Below, piece after piece: positions 63,141 through 64,000 of a stretch of DNA of 64,000 nucleotides. Where the stretch lies: positions 1-64,000 of the forward strand of contig JBALDB010000032.1 of NCBI GenBank assembly GCA_036918135.1. The letters are read 5' to 3'. Position numbers and translations under genes: made by a program. Position 1 is the stretch's first letter. The number at the start of each line of letters is the position of its first letter. The notes under the pieces are model-generated. The model searched no databases and was not told where the DNA came from. It saw only the letters and a list, made by a program, of their open reading frames with translations. This DNA comes from Nostoc sp. (GTDB lineage Bacteria; Cyanobacteriota; Cyanobacteriia; Cyanobacteriales; Nostocaceae).

Positions 63141-63617
63141 AGTTTTTCCTTTTAAGTTAACAATTACCCAATTAATTTAATTTACTGGTGCCACATTACT
63201 CTTCTGGAAATTTATAAATAATAGACGCAGTGTCAAAAAATTGCACTAAAATCACTACGACGGTAGTCTTTCGGTGTGAGGTTGAGGTGTTTTAAGTCAA
63301 ACGGTGCAATTACTATTTGACGATAAAATAAATCCATTTCCCGAAACCTCTAGGCTAGCTCTTACAGGTTAGCCAGTTGACACCAGTTGCTCGTAGGGAG
63401 CTACTAAGTTGTTCGGTATTTCCCGCTCAACAGACTGTCTCCATAAGAATACACTGGTTAATTTACGTCGGGAAACCATTTTGGCAGTTCCTTGTGGGCA
63501 GCCATAACCTTGGCAGGCAATGCCTGATTTCAAGCAAGTGGCGCAAAAACCCCGCTTCAAATGGACTGCTTTACCACCGCACTGGCTCACCGCACCAGAA
63601 AATTTGAGAGTTAATCT

Positions 63618-64000
63618 ATGTTTCTATTGCTAAGCCGGATACTGCTGTGGCTGTTGATTGGCACTATCGTATATTCTCTGTTCCAGCGATTTTATCCTTC
63701 AGGAAGTTTTGTCGGGCGATTAATCTTAGTCATTGTGTTGATAATCATAGCCCTATCGTTTGTCAACCCCAGCGAACCAGCTGTGGCGTCGTTGTGGAGG
63801 ATGATCTCTTTTCCGCTCAAGCCTCTAGGAGCCTCTGTTTTAATGATGATTTTTGCAGCTCAGAGGATCAAAGGAGGTGGGATAGACAAACCAGGAGGAT
63901 ATTTAGTGGGTTGGGCACTAATGATTTTGCTGTTGGCAAGTACACCAGCAGTTGCCTATTTTCTTTATAGAGCACCTTTAGCAATGACAGGTGAAACCTA
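63618..64000 (+). CDS. Membrane protein running off the window (possibly YdcF-family N-terminus); not in ORF track
   Basis: Open frame from ATG 63618: MFLLLSRILLWLLIG...SFPLKPLGAS...LLASTPAVAYFLY. Confidence 0.7.
   Translation, partial: MFLLLSRILLWLLIGTIVYSLFQRFYPSGSFVGRLILVIVLIIIALSFVNPSEPAVASLWRMISFPLKPLGASVLMMIFAAQRIKGGGIDKPGGYLVGWALMILLLASTPAVAYFLYRAPLAMTGET

Noticed and set aside
63369..63970. ORF-track calls 63369-63590, 63377-63607 and 63647-63970
   Set aside because: No recognisable features; the last overlaps a better frame starting at 63618
1..64000. Very frequent GCGATCGC octamer
   Set aside because: This is the well-known cyanobacterial HIP1, used only as a taxonomic clue

Overview
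The window looks like the chromosome of a heterocystous cyanobacterium (Nostoc-like), judging by the dense HIP1 octamers (GCGATCGC), heptamer STRR tracts and very small nested repeats. About 2.5-49.6 kb is an organosulfur-scavenging region. It holds two ssuD genes, ssuCB, five SsuA-type binding proteins (one truncated), an AsfABC-like flavoprotein/ferredoxin/binding-protein trio, SfnB/DszC-like flavoenzymes, TauD, a porin and several generic oxidoreductases. The most notable unannotated signal is a 26-bp palindrome, TACGGTAA-N10-TTACCGTA, found six times and only upstream of the sulfur-scavenging transcription units. Independently, several downstream proteins are almost free of Cys and Met, which points to a sulfur-starvation regulon with uncharacterised members. 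Other notable elements are a GC-richer LysR/SnoaL/ALDH island, a TIR-transmembrane-periplasmic binding protein receptor, a Doc toxin with a nonsense codon, and many MITEs. There are also several gene remnants missing from the ORF track (GUN4-like, TreS-like, pyrophosphatase, Uma2, IS630). I saw no rRNA, tRNA or CRISPR array. All calls come from reading the sequence; no searches were run.
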